A DNA stretch of 64,000 nucleotides from Vicinamibacterales bacterium. GTDB lineage: Bacteria; Acidobacteriota; Vicinamibacteria; Vicinamibacterales; UBA2999. Of the stretch, positions 26,771 through 35,024 are shown in pieces. The stretch's first letter is position 1; each line of letters begins with the position of its first letter. Location: the NCBI GenBank assembly GCA_050249615.1, contig JBFWQE010000013.1, positions 406 to 64,405 on the forward strand, read 5' to 3'. A model generated the notes under the pieces. The model saw only the letters and a program-made list of their open reading frames with translations, was not told where the DNA came from and searched no databases. The translations under genes were made by a program, and so were the position numbers.

Positions 26771-27585
26771 GTCTCGAGCTCCGTGCGCGTGTCGGTGCGA
26801 TCGTCCCGGTACTTGACGATGACGGGGGTCGCCAGCGACAGTCCCCAGTCCGCGCCGGCGCCCACCTTGACGGATCGCGCGCCCGGCACGACCACGGCGC
26901 CCTCGGGAATCACGAGCGGCTGCCCCGGCTCGGGGCGGATGATGCGGCCGTTGGGCAGGTCGTACACCGGGGTGGAGCCGGTGAGCACGGTGCCCGCCGC
27001 GATGACCGCTCGTCGCCTCACGACGGCGCCCTCGTAGATGCCCGTGTTGCCGCCCACCAGCACGTCGTCCTCGATGATGACGGGCATGGCGCCGACCGGC
27101 TCGATGACGCCGCCAATCTGCGCCGCGGCGCTCACGTGCACCCGCGCGCCGACCTGCGCGCACGACCCGACCAGGGCGTGCGAGTCGACGAGCGTGCCCT
27201 CGCCCACGTAGGCGCCGATGTTGACGTACATCGGAGGCATGCAGATGACCCCCTTCGCCAGGAATGCGCCCTCGCGCACGCTCGACCCGCCGGGCACGAT
27301 GCGGATGCCCGCCGCGGTTCCCGGCCGCTTGAGCGGCATCGTGTCCTTGTCGTAGAACGGCAGCCCCTCGCTCATGTCCACGAGGTCGCCGAACCTGAAG
27401 CCGAGCAGGATGCCCTGCTTCACCCAGGCGTTGACGCGCCACCCGGTCGGCTCGGCGGGGTCGGGCTCCGCGGCCCGCACTGCCCCGGCGCTCAGCGCCT
27501 GCCGCAACGCCGAGAACGCCTCGCGCGCCGCGCCCTTATCTGCCGCGGCGCCCGCCGCGAACAACTCTTCGATTCGCTCTCTCAC
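26758..27585 (-). CDS. dapD: 2,3,4,5-tetrahydropyridine-2,6-dicarboxylate N-succinyltransferase
   Basis: GTG start at 27585. Hexapeptide-repeat region IGAYVGEGTLVDSHALVGSCAQVGARVHVSAAAQIGGVIEP...IIEDDVLVGGNTGIYEGAVV, plus the N-terminal WRVNAWVKQGILLGFR. Confidence 0.9.
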   Translation of the reverse strand: MRERIEELFAAGAAADKGAAREAFSALRQALSAGAVRAAEPDPAEPTGWRVNAWVKQGILLGFRFGDLVDMSEGLPFYDKDTMPLKRPGTAAGIRIVPGGSSVREGAFLAKGVICMPPMYVNIGAYVGEGTLVDSHALVGSCAQVGARVHVSAAAQIGGVIEPVGAMPVIIEDDVLVGGNTGIYEGAVVRRRAVIAAGTVLTGSTPVYDLPNGRIIRPEPGQPLVIPEGAVVVPGARSVKVGAGADWGLSLATPVIVKYRDDRTDTRTELETWIR

Positions 27586-27610
27586 ACTGAATGCCCTTTC
27601 GACGCCGATG

Positions 27611-27666
27611 CGACGCAGATGACGCAGATAACGCAGATAACGCAGATGACGCAGATGACGCAGATT
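27611..27666. repeat. tandem nonamer array (CGCAGATRA)x6
   Basis: cgacgcagatgacgcagataacgcagataacgcagatgacgcagatgacgcagat lies 25 nt upstream of the dapD start. It is the reverse complement of the array at 27892-27917. Confidence 0.9.
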
Positions 27667-27891
27667 TCACGGGTTCCGGCGGTTTGCTGAACACAGTCGG
27701 GCAGACGGTGCCGGACGGCAGAGCCGCCGGCCGGGAGATGTCGAGGCCGGGATGAGCGCCGCCTGACGGGATTGCGCGCCCGCGCGAGCGTTCATCCCGA
27801 CCTCGACGTCTTCCGGCACGTGGCGCGAACGCGCGCCACGGCCGTCTGCCCGACGGTCAACCTGGGGCCCACACGCCAGCCAATCCTGCTT

Positions 27892-27917
27892 CATCTGCGC
27901 CATCTGCGCCATCTGCG
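27892..27917. repeat. tandem nonamer array (CATCTGCGC)x3
   Basis: catctgcgccatctgcgccatctgcgg abuts the dapA stop codon at 27920-27922. Confidence 0.85.
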
Positions 27918-27919
27918 GC

Positions 27920-28822
27920 TCAACTCCGCGTCATCCCCGCCGCGATCCCCGCCTCGGCCAGCGCCGCGAGGATCTTCTCCTTCGACGCCGGTCGCGGCGG
28001 CACCATCGGCAGGCGGTAGACCTCCTCGCACAGTCCCATCGCCGCCATCGCGAACTTCACGGGGCCGGGGTTCGACTCCACGAAGTTGACGAGCAGCAGC
28101 GGCAACAGCCTGTGGTGCATCTCACGCGCCGCGAGATAGTCCCCGCGCTCCGCGGCCTCGACCATCCGTGCCATCTCGGCGGGAATCTCGTTCGACGCCA
28201 CCGAAATGATCCCTCGTCCGCCAATGGCCATCAGCGGAATCGTGATCGCATCGTCTCCCGAGAGCACGCGAAAATCCGGCGGGACCGCACGGAGGATCTC
28301 GGCCATCTGCTGGATGTTGCCGGAAGCCTCCTTGACGCCGACGATGCGGGGAATCGTGGCGAGGCGGGCCACGGTGGACGCATCCATGTTGCAGCCGGTG
28401 CGGCCCGGCACGTTGTAGAGCACGATCGGCAGCGGCGTGGCCTCCGCCACCGCCGAGAAGTGCCGGAAGAGCCCTTCGGGCGTGGGCTTGTTGTAGTACG
28501 GCGTCACCGAGAGCAGCCCGTCGGCGCCGGCCTTCTCCATCTCCCGTGCCGCGTGGACCACCTCTTTCGTGTCGTAGCCGCCTGCACCGGCCATCACCGG
28601 CACGCGGCCGGCGGCTTCCTCCACGACCAGCTCCACGACGCGCCGCTTCTCCGCGTCCGACAGCGTGGGGGTCTCTCCAGTGGTGCCACACGGCACCAGG
28701 AAGTGCACGCCGGCCTCGATCTGCCGGCGCGCCAGGCGCCGGACACCGGCCTCGTCCAGCTCACCGCTCTTCGTGAAGGGCGTGATCAACGCCGTCCCGA
28801 CACCGGTCCACATCTCGCGCAT
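27920..28822 (-). CDS. dapA: 4-hydroxy-tetrahydrodipicolinate synthase
   Basis: The start is MREMWTGVGTALITPF at ATG 28822, with a GAGGAA RBS. Motifs: LVPCGTTGETPTLS, YNVPGRTG, and VGVKEASG containing the Schiff-base Lys. Confidence 0.9.
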   Translation of the reverse strand: MREMWTGVGTALITPFTKSGELDEAGVRRLARRQIEAGVHFLVPCGTTGETPTLSDAEKRRVVELVVEEAAGRVPVMAGAGGYDTKEVVHAAREMEKAGADGLLSVTPYYNKPTPEGLFRHFSAVAEATPLPIVLYNVPGRTGCNMDASTVARLATIPRIVGVKEASGNIQQMAEILRAVPPDFRVLSGDDAITIPLMAIGGRGIISVASNEIPAEMARMVEAAERGDYLAAREMHHRLLPLLLVNFVESNPGPVKFAMAAMGLCEEVYRLPMVPPRPASKEKILAALAEAGIAAGMTRS

Positions 28823-28837
28823 AGGGCAGTTCCTCGG

Positions 28838-28897
28838 TCTTGGGGCTTGGGGCTTGGGGCTTGGGGCTTGGGTCGTGAGGTCTTGAGGTCTTGAGGG
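28838..28897. repeat. (GGGGCTT)x5 heptad array followed by (GAGGTCTT)x2.5
   Basis: cttggggcttggggcttggggcttggggcttgggtcgtgaggtcttgaggtcttgaggg begins 16 nt upstream of the dapA ATG. Confidence 0.9.
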
Positions 28898-28904
28898 TGG
28901 GGGG

Positions 28905-29012
28905 CAATCGCTCAATCACCCAATCGCTCAATCCGCCAATCCTGAAATGCCCCAATCACTCAATCACAAATCACCCGATGAATCGTCAATCATCAATCCG
29001 CAATCACTCAAT
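28905..29012. repeat. degenerate tandem array of CAATCRCT/CAATCA units
   Basis: caatcgctcaatcacccaatcgctcaatccgccaatcctgaaatgccccaatcactcaatcacaaatcacccgatgaatcgtcaatcatcaatccgcaatcactcaatgg overlaps the dapB stop. Confidence 0.8.
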
Positions 29013-29699
29013 GGACGGCCGCAGCACGTCAACCATCCCGTACCACCCCCTCCGCCCCACCAGCCAGCGTGCGGCGACCAGCGCGCCGCGGGCGAAGACG
29101 GCGCGGTCCCGCACGGTGTGCGTGAGCTCGATGGTCTCCGAAGGACCGTCGAAGCCCACCGCGTGCGTCCCGGGAATGGACCCGGCCCGCGTGGACGACA
29201 CGTCGATGGCCCGATCGAAGCCCGCCTGCTCCATCCCGGCCTTCAGCGTGAGCGCGGTCCCCGACGGCGCGTCCTTCTTCCTGTCGTGATGCGCCTCGTG
29301 AATCCACGCGCCGAAGTCGTGCTGCGGGGCGAAGAGGCGCGCCGCCTCCGACACGACCAGCTGGAAGAGGTTCATCCCGAGGGAGAAGTTCGAGGCGGAG
29401 ACGACGCCGATGCCGGCGTCCGCCACGAGCCGGCGCAGGGCCGCTTCGTCGGCCTGCCATCCCGTCGTCCCGATGACCACGTTGATGCCGCGCGCCGCCA
29501 GCGCGGGCAGGGTCTTCGGAACGGCTTCGGCCAGCGTGAAGTCGATGGCCACGTCCACGTGGCCGAAGACGCCGTCGGCGATGGCCCGGTGTCCGTTCTG
29601 CGTGGTGACGACGCCCGCCACGTCGAAGCCGTAGGCGCCGGCGAGAGACGCGACGAGCGAACCCATGCGGCCGTGCCCGACGATCAGCAGCTGCGGCAT
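29004..29699 (-). CDS. dapB: 4-hydroxy-tetrahydrodipicolinate reductase
   Basis: 231 aa. MPQLLIVGHGRMGSLV (NAD site), VIGTTGW, and EAHHDRKKDAPSGTAL (the E-x-HHxxKxDAPSGTA signature). Confidence 0.9.
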   Translation of the reverse strand: MPQLLIVGHGRMGSLVASLAGAYGFDVAGVVTTQNGHRAIADGVFGHVDVAIDFTLAEAVPKTLPALAARGINVVIGTTGWQADEAALRRLVADAGIGVVSASNFSLGMNLFQLVVSEAARLFAPQHDFGAWIHEAHHDRKKDAPSGTALTLKAGMEQAGFDRAIDVSSTRAGSIPGTHAVGFDGPSETIELTHTVRDRAVFARGALVAARWLVGRRGWYGMVDVLRPSIE

Positions 29700-29705
29700 C
29701 GCGGG

Positions 29706-31124
29706 TCAGCCCCGGGTCCCGGCCACCGAGGCCGAGACCGGATACGGCGCGAAGAAGGTGTCGTGCAGGCGGCTGAGCGCCGTCGCCACGTCGCGCTCGC
29801 GGATCACGAAGGTGATGTTCCGCCGCCCGGCGGCCTGCGACACCATGCGCAGCGGCACGTCGCCCACCGCCGCCAGCACCCGTGCCGCCATCGCCGGATC
29901 CCGCTCCAGGCCGTCCCCCACGGCGCAGACGATGGCCATCTGGCCCTCGCACGACACCTCGGCGAAACTCGAGAGCTCCTCGACGACCGCGGGCAGGCGC
30001 CGCGCGTCGTCCACGGTCACCGACACGCTCACCTCCGAGGTCGTGACCACGTCCACCGGCGTCTTGTAGCGATCGAACACCGAGAACAGCCGGCTCAGGA
30101 ACCCGTGCGCCATCAGCATGCGCGTGGAGGTGATATCCACGACGGTGACGCCCTTCTTCGCCGCCACGGCCGTCAGCGGGCGCTCGCTCACCGGCCTCTC
30201 GGCCGTGATGAGCGTGCCGCGCGCGTTGGCGCGCCGCGAATTCAGGATGCGTACCGGGATGTTGCGCGCGACGGCCGGCTGGATGGTGGCGGGGTGCAGC
30301 ACCTTCGCGCCGAAGTACGCCAGCTCCGACGCTTCGGCAAACGAGATGTGCGGCACGACCTGCGGCTCGTCCACGATGCGGGGGTCCGAGGTGAGCATGC
30401 CGTCCACGTCGGTCCAGATCTGGATCTCGCCCACACCGAGGCACGAGCCCACGATGGCGGCCGAGTAGTCCGAGCCGCCGCGCCCCAGCGTCGTCGTGAC
30501 GCCCTCGCGCGTGGCGCCCACGAACCCGCCGAGCACGGGAATGCGGTGCGCAGCCAGCACTGGATCCACGTGGATCATCAACGCCGCGGTGGTCTCGGGG
30601 AACTGCGGCGCCGCGGCCTGGTGCTCGCCGTCGGTGACCACGGCCAGGCGCGAGTCCACCCACGCGGCAGGCAGTCCCCGTGCGTTCAGCGCCGCGGCCA
30701 CGATCCGGCTACTGAGGATCTCACCCGCGGCGGCAATCGTGTCCATCCACCGCGGCGACACCTCCCGCAGCACGCCAAGGGCCGCGACCACGCGCTCCAG
30801 CTCCGCGAACTCGGCCGCGAGCTCGCCGCGCAGCACGGTCTCGAGCGCATCGTCGGTCACCACTTCCGACACCATGACGTGCCGCTGGTGCAGATCCCGC
30901 AGGCTGGCGATCGCGCCATCGATGTCCCCGGCGCCGGCCTGCGCAGCCACGCCCAGCAACCGATCGGTCACGCCCGACAGCGCCGACACCACCACGATGG
31001 GCCCGCGCGCGTCGCCGCCTTCCTGCTGCGCGTCGGCCTGCCGCTGCGCCCGCACGATGGCCATCAACCGCTCGATGGCCGCGCTGTCTGCCACCGAGGT
31101 TCCGCCGAACTTCATTACGACCAT
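29706..31124 (-). CDS. lysC: aspartate kinase
   Basis: MVVMKFGGTSVADSAAIERL, GRGGSDYSAA, and two C-terminal ACT-like regions (MAIVCAVGDGL...). Confidence 0.9.
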   Translation of the reverse strand: MVVMKFGGTSVADSAAIERLMAIVRAQRQADAQQEGGDARGPIVVVSALSGVTDRLLGVAAQAGAGDIDGAIASLRDLHQRHVMVSEVVTDDALETVLRGELAAEFAELERVVAALGVLREVSPRWMDTIAAAGEILSSRIVAAALNARGLPAAWVDSRLAVVTDGEHQAAAPQFPETTAALMIHVDPVLAAHRIPVLGGFVGATREGVTTTLGRGGSDYSAAIVGSCLGVGEIQIWTDVDGMLTSDPRIVDEPQVVPHISFAEASELAYFGAKVLHPATIQPAVARNIPVRILNSRRANARGTLITAERPVSERPLTAVAAKKGVTVVDITSTRMLMAHGFLSRLFSVFDRYKTPVDVVTTSEVSVSVTVDDARRLPAVVEELSSFAEVSCEGQMAIVCAVGDGLERDPAMAARVLAAVGDVPLRMVSQAAGRRNITFVIRERDVATALSRLHDTFFAPYPVSASVAGTRG

Positions 31125-31142
31125 GACAACTCCGATGGATCC

Positions 31143-31210
31143 TGGGGCTTGGGGCTTGGGGCTTGGGGCGTGCGCCGAATCCCTTCACTCCGACTCCCGG
31201 CTCCCGACTC
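31143..31210. repeat. (GGGGCTT)x4 heptad array plus GACTCCC-family repeat
   Basis: tggggcttggggcttggggcttggggcg (31143-31170) starts 19 nt upstream of the lysC ATG. cactccgactcccggctcccgactc follows at 31186-31210. Confidence 0.9.
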
Positions 31211-31224
31211 AATTCACTCCCGTC

Positions 31225-32265
31225 TCAACTCAGCAACCCTTGCGCGTGCATCAGCTCCGCGTTGAGGATGGCCGCCCCGGCGGCGCCCCGCACGGTGTTG
31301 TGGCCCAGGGCCACGAAGCGCGTGTGCAGCACGGGACACGGTCGAACGCGGCCGACGCTCACCGCCATGCCGCCGCCGAGGTCGGCATCGAGCCGCGGCT
31401 GCGGGCGGTTCGGCTCGTCCATCACCACGATGGCCGGCTGCGGCGCGCTGGGCAGGCCAAGCTCCTGCGGCCGCCCCTTGAAGGCACGCATGGCTGCCAG
31501 CACAAGTTCGGGTGAGGGCTTCTCGCCAAGGTCCACCGACACCGTCATGGTATGGCCGTCGATGACGGGCACGCGATTGGTATGCGCGCTCACGACCGCG
31601 GCCAGCGGAACGCGCCCGCCGTCGCTGCCGAGAATCTTCAGGGTCTCGGTCTCCATCTTCTCCTCTTCACCGCCGATGTACGGGACGACGTTGCCGAGGA
31701 TATCCAGCGATGGCACGCCCGGGTACCCGGCCCCGGACACCGCCTGCATCGTCGAGACGACCACGCTCCGGATGTCGAAGAGTCGGAGCGGCGCCAGGGC
31801 CATGGCCAGCACGATGGTCGAGCAGTTCGGGTTGGTGACGATCGCGCCCGTCCAGGCCTTCGCGGCACGCTGCTCGGGCAGCACCTGCAGGTGCTCCGCG
31901 TTCACCTCGGGGATGAGCAGCGGCACCAGCGGGTCCATCCGGTAGTTGCGCGCATTGCTGACGACGATGTGTCCCGCGGCGGCAAAGGCGCCTTCGATCT
32001 CACCCGCCACCCCGGCGTCCAGTCCGGAGAAGACGACCCTCGGCCCCCGGCCCGGCGTGCAGGACTCGACCAGGCGGCTCGCCGAGGCCTCGGGAATCGG
32101 CGTGGAGAGACGCCATGGCGCCACGGCTTTGTACGACTTGCCCTCGGAGCGCTCGCTGGCGGCCAGCCAGGTGAGGTTGAACCACGGATGCCGCGCGAGG
32201 CGGGACACGAACTGCTGCCCGACCATCCCCGTAGCCCCGAGCACGCCGACGTCGATCCTCTCCAC
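31225..32265 (-). CDS. asd: aspartate-semialdehyde dehydrogenase
   Basis: GTG at 32265 lies 5 nt after GGGAGG; the ORF track maximum is 32301. Motifs: VGVLGATGMVGQQFV, VTNPNCSTIVLAMAL (active-site Cys) and VDGHTMTVSV. Confidence 0.9.
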   Translation of the reverse strand: MERIDVGVLGATGMVGQQFVSRLARHPWFNLTWLAASERSEGKSYKAVAPWRLSTPIPEASASRLVESCTPGRGPRVVFSGLDAGVAGEIEGAFAAAGHIVVSNARNYRMDPLVPLLIPEVNAEHLQVLPEQRAAKAWTGAIVTNPNCSTIVLAMALAPLRLFDIRSVVVSTMQAVSGAGYPGVPSLDILGNVVPYIGGEEEKMETETLKILGSDGGRVPLAAVVSAHTNRVPVIDGHTMTVSVDLGEKPSPELVLAAMRAFKGRPQELGLPSAPQPAIVVMDEPNRPQPRLDADLGGGMAVSVGRVRPCPVLHTRFVALGHNTVRGAAGAAILNAELMHAQGLLS

Positions 32266-32276
32266 GTGTTCCTCCC

Positions 32277-32315
32277 GAAAACAAAAAACCCGCCTGGGCA
32301 TCTGCCGCGGCGGGT
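32277..32315 (-). terminator. intrinsic terminator-like hairpin + U-tract inside the asd 5' leader (attenuator / expression platform)
   Basis: The minus strand reads ACCCGCC-GCGGCAGAUGCCCA-GGCGGGU UUUUUUGUUUU, directly followed by GGGAGG AACAC GUG (asd). No upstream minus-strand gene exists that it could terminate. Confidence 0.6.
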
Positions 32316-32464
32316 AGCTGTGGCCCAGACAAGGGGCCGAATCGATGTTCCTACTCTATGGAGTAGACCACTGATCCACGCATCCCGGCGCATGGCACGC
32401 CCGCTTTCGCGTGCTGCACTTTCGGGTGTGGATGGCGGTGGTCACGGATGGGAGTATAGCACGG

Positions 32465-32578
32465 GGTCCTGGGGTTCTCGGGTTCTCGGGTTCTCGGGTT
32501 CTCGGGTTCTCGGGTTCTCGGGTTCTCGAGTTCTCGGGTTCTCGGGTTCTCGGGTTCGGGGGTTCGGGGGGTTGGGGC
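32465..32578. repeat. tandem octamer array (GGTTCTCG)x~13, decaying into GGTTCGGGG units
   Basis: ggtcctggggttctcgggttctcgggttctcgggttctcgggttctcgggttctcgagttctcgggttctcgggttctcgggttcgggggttcggggggttggggc sits in the divergent asd / 32634 gap. Confidence 0.9.
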
Positions 32579-32633
32579 GGTCGCGGGATGAGCGTGGGAT
32601 ACTGAGGTCGGTCCTCGCTGTCCGCCGGAACCC

Positions 32634-33320
32634 ATGCAGACGACACTGATCAACCCGGCGGAGCTGTTCCGCCTCGTCTATTTCTTCGACATCCTGGCGG
32701 CCGTCGTCTTCGCGGTATCTGGCGCGCTCGTCGCGTCTCGCAAGGGGATGGACGTGATGGGCTTCATGTGGCTCTCGGTCATCACGGGCGTCGGAGGCGG
32801 GACGGTGCGCGATCTGATCCTGGACGTGCCCGTGTTCTGGGTGCAGAACCCCGTCCACGTGTCGGCCTGCCTGATGACGGCGGTGGTGATGCACTTCGTC
32901 GCGCCGCTGGTCGAGTCCCGCTATCGAACGCTCCTGTGGTTCGACGCCTTCGGCCTCGCCCTGGTCACCGTTGCCGGGACGGTCAAGGCCATGGATGTCG
33001 GCGCGCCGGCGCTGGTGGCCATCGCGATGGGCGCGGTCACCGGGACGGTCGGCGGCATGATCCGGGACACGCTCGGGCACGTGCCGTCGGTGCTCCTCCG
33101 CCACGAGATCTACGTGACGGCGTCGGTGCTCGGCGCCTGCACGTACGTCGGGCTCGACCAGGCGGGCGTAGAGCGCCTGCCGGCGATGATCGGCGCGTTC
33201 CTCACGACCTTCACCGTTCGGGGTTTGGCGATCAGGTACGGGTGGTCGTTGCCCGTGTTCCGCGCATCGGAGACGCGGGAGCGCTGGAGAAACGACCGGA
33301 AGGACTCGGGGCAGGGATGA
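32634..33320 (+). CDS. TRIC-type cation channel / UPF0126 (YadS/YicG-like) membrane protein
   Basis: Duplicated UPF0126 pattern: FDILAAVVFAVSGALVASRKGMDVMGFMWLSVITGVGGGTVRDLIL, and a second copy FDAFGLALVTVAGTVKA...GAVTGTVGGMIRDTL. Confidence 0.8.
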   Translation: MQTTLINPAELFRLVYFFDILAAVVFAVSGALVASRKGMDVMGFMWLSVITGVGGGTVRDLILDVPVFWVQNPVHVSACLMTAVVMHFVAPLVESRYRTLLWFDAFGLALVTVAGTVKAMDVGAPALVAIAMGAVTGTVGGMIRDTLGHVPSVLLRHEIYVTASVLGACTYVGLDQAGVERLPAMIGAFLTTFTVRGLAIRYGWSLPVFRASETRERWRNDRKDSGQG

Positions 33321-33592
33321 CGAGCGATCACTCCGTCCCTGGGCCGCGATCATCACGGCGCTCGCGGAGCTCGCCGTGTTGACGTCATCACCCCTCCTGC
33401 CGTTGTCGCCGACCTGACCCGCTACGCCGAATGGACTGGCGAAACGCGCCAAGTCAGGCGTCCACATGGCGCGTGCTGGAGGCGCATGAGCGGCTCCTTC
33501 GTTGGTGTCGACGGCATGTCAACGAAGCGGAGTGTCGCACCAGGCGGGCCGGCAGGACCGGATCGAGCAGCTGATCTTCTTGAACGAATCGG

Positions 33593-34411
33593 CTATCCGG
33601 GTTGCCGGAGCGGGCGCCTGTCAGTCTCCGGCGCGGGCGTGTTGAACGGCGAGGTGATCTCGATGAGATCGCCCTGCATCAACGCCGACGGGGCCATGCC
33701 CACCATCTGGTAGAACGTGCGGGTGAGGTGTGCGGCGTCGGCGAAGTCTGCCGCGTGGGCGGCTGCTGCAATCGTTCGCTCCGACGCGACGGCCACCATC
33801 GCCCGCGTGAGCTTCCGCCAGAGCATGTACCTGCTGAACGGCAAGCCGACCTGTTCCTTGAACAGGTGCGCGAACCGGGTCGGCGACAGGCACGCCTTGT
33901 CCGATGCTGTGTCGAGCGACATCCGCAGGTCGTCAGATGCACGAATCGCGTCGAGTATCGCGGTCACGCGGGAGTCGAGCCGGCGCGTCGGTGCCTGGCC
34001 GGGACTCAGGCCGTGTACGAAGCGGCGAACGAGCGCCGACACGTCCACGATGTCATCCGGCCGATCGGCCAACCCGCGGAGCTCGGGCACGATCGCATCG
34101 AGCCGCGAGTCGGGAACGGTCGTGATGTCTTGTCGCAGGGAGCCAGCCAGCCAGGCCCCCTCGATGGACTCCGGATCGACGAAGAGCATCACGCCGAGCG
34201 CCCCATTGCAGTCGAACGAGTGCTCGGCATCGGGTCGCACGACGAGGCCTCGGCACTCGCGCCACCCGTGGCCGCTCCCCCGGATCGCCACACAGCCCTC
34301 GATCGCAACCACGGCCTGAATGGCATGGTGCGCGTGGGGCGGCACGAGGCCCCGGGCTTTGGCCGTCAGGAGGAAGCCGCCCTCCCACAGGTACCAGCGC
34401 GGGACGCTCAA
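33593..34411 (-). CDS. AraC family transcriptional regulator (cupin-like N-domain)
   Basis: C-terminal dual HTH: CLSPTRFAHLFKEQVGLPFSRYMLWRKLTRAM...IAAAAHAADFADAAHLTRTFYQMVGMAPS. The apparent start is TTG at 34411. Confidence 0.85.
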   Translation of the reverse strand: MSVPRWYLWEGGFLLTAKARGLVPPHAHHAIQAVVAIEGCVAIRGSGHGWRECRGLVVRPDAEHSFDCNGALGVMLFVDPESIEGAWLAGSLRQDITTVPDSRLDAIVPELRGLADRPDDIVDVSALVRRFVHGLSPGQAPTRRLDSRVTAILDAIRASDDLRMSLDTASDKACLSPTRFAHLFKEQVGLPFSRYMLWRKLTRAMVAVASERTIAAAAHAADFADAAHLTRTFYQMVGMAPSALMQGDLIEITSPFNTPAPETDRRPLRQPG

Positions 34412-34600
34412 CCAGCGATACGGATCGTCGTTCGGCGTATACGGCAGGGCCCGATTCTAGCGCAGCCTCGCCGAGAGAAGGCGGGGCACAACCCCTCGGC
34501 AAGAGCATCGACCGATTCGTTCAATCATGAGCCACGGTGCGGTCGCTACTCTTCGAATGACGCCACCGGCGACACCGCCGTCCTGGTGCTCGGAGGAGCC

Positions 34601-34990
34601 ATGACCAAAGCGGTCGATCTCGTCGTGGTCGGTCAGACCCGCGCCGCCCACGCGGCCGCAGCAGATGCACTGCGACGTGGCCAGCGTGTGCTCATGGTGC
34701 TGGCGTCTGGCGACGAGCGCGCCGGGCGACGGGTGCGGAGACGGCTGCGCCTGGTCTTGGGCGCCAGCGGCAGTCAGATCGCCGTGATGACAGGGGCTCA
34801 GATCGCGTGCGTGGACGGGATCGACGGCGTTGAGGCCGTCGTCGTTCGGTACGTGAAGACCGGACGCCTGCGCGGCGTGAACGCATCAGCGATCTGGCAG
34901 ACTCGACGGAGAACAGCCGATTCGTTCAAGGACATCAGCCGGTTCGTCCAATCCTGGCGTCCTGACGGAGTGCGACACTCCGATCGTTGA
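34601..34990 (+). CDS. hypothetical protein (degenerate Rossmann-like N-terminus)
   Basis: ATG at 34601 follows GGAGGAG. MTKAVDLVVVGQTRAAHAAAADALRRGQRVLMV resembles an FAD/NAD fold beginning but lacks GxGxxG. 129 aa. Confidence 0.4.
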   Translation: MTKAVDLVVVGQTRAAHAAAADALRRGQRVLMVLASGDERAGRRVRRRLRLVLGASGSQIAVMTGAQIACVDGIDGVEAVVVRYVKTGRLRGVNASAIWQTRRRTADSFKDISRFVQSWRPDGVRHSDR

Positions 34991-35024
34991 CATGGCGTCA
35001 ACCCAGGACCCTGAAGGAGCTGTC

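Noticed and set aside
27667-27912. 81-aa ORF between dapA and dapD
   Set aside because: It starts inside a repeat array (MAQMAQMKQ is translated repeat). It has no RBS and an Arg/Ala-rich body, so it is probably non-coding spacer.
28947-31265. 772-aa plus-strand ORF spanning dapB-lysC, and 29029..30663 on the minus strand
   Set aside because: These are antisense or out-of-frame shadows of two unmistakable biosynthetic genes.
32266-32460. Lysine riboswitch (L-box) upstream of asd
   Set aside because: I looked for AGAGGNGC, GCCGAAG and CUGUCA-type conserved cores, and for T-box and SAM-I cores, and could not find them. It is kept only as an unclassified leader/attenuator.
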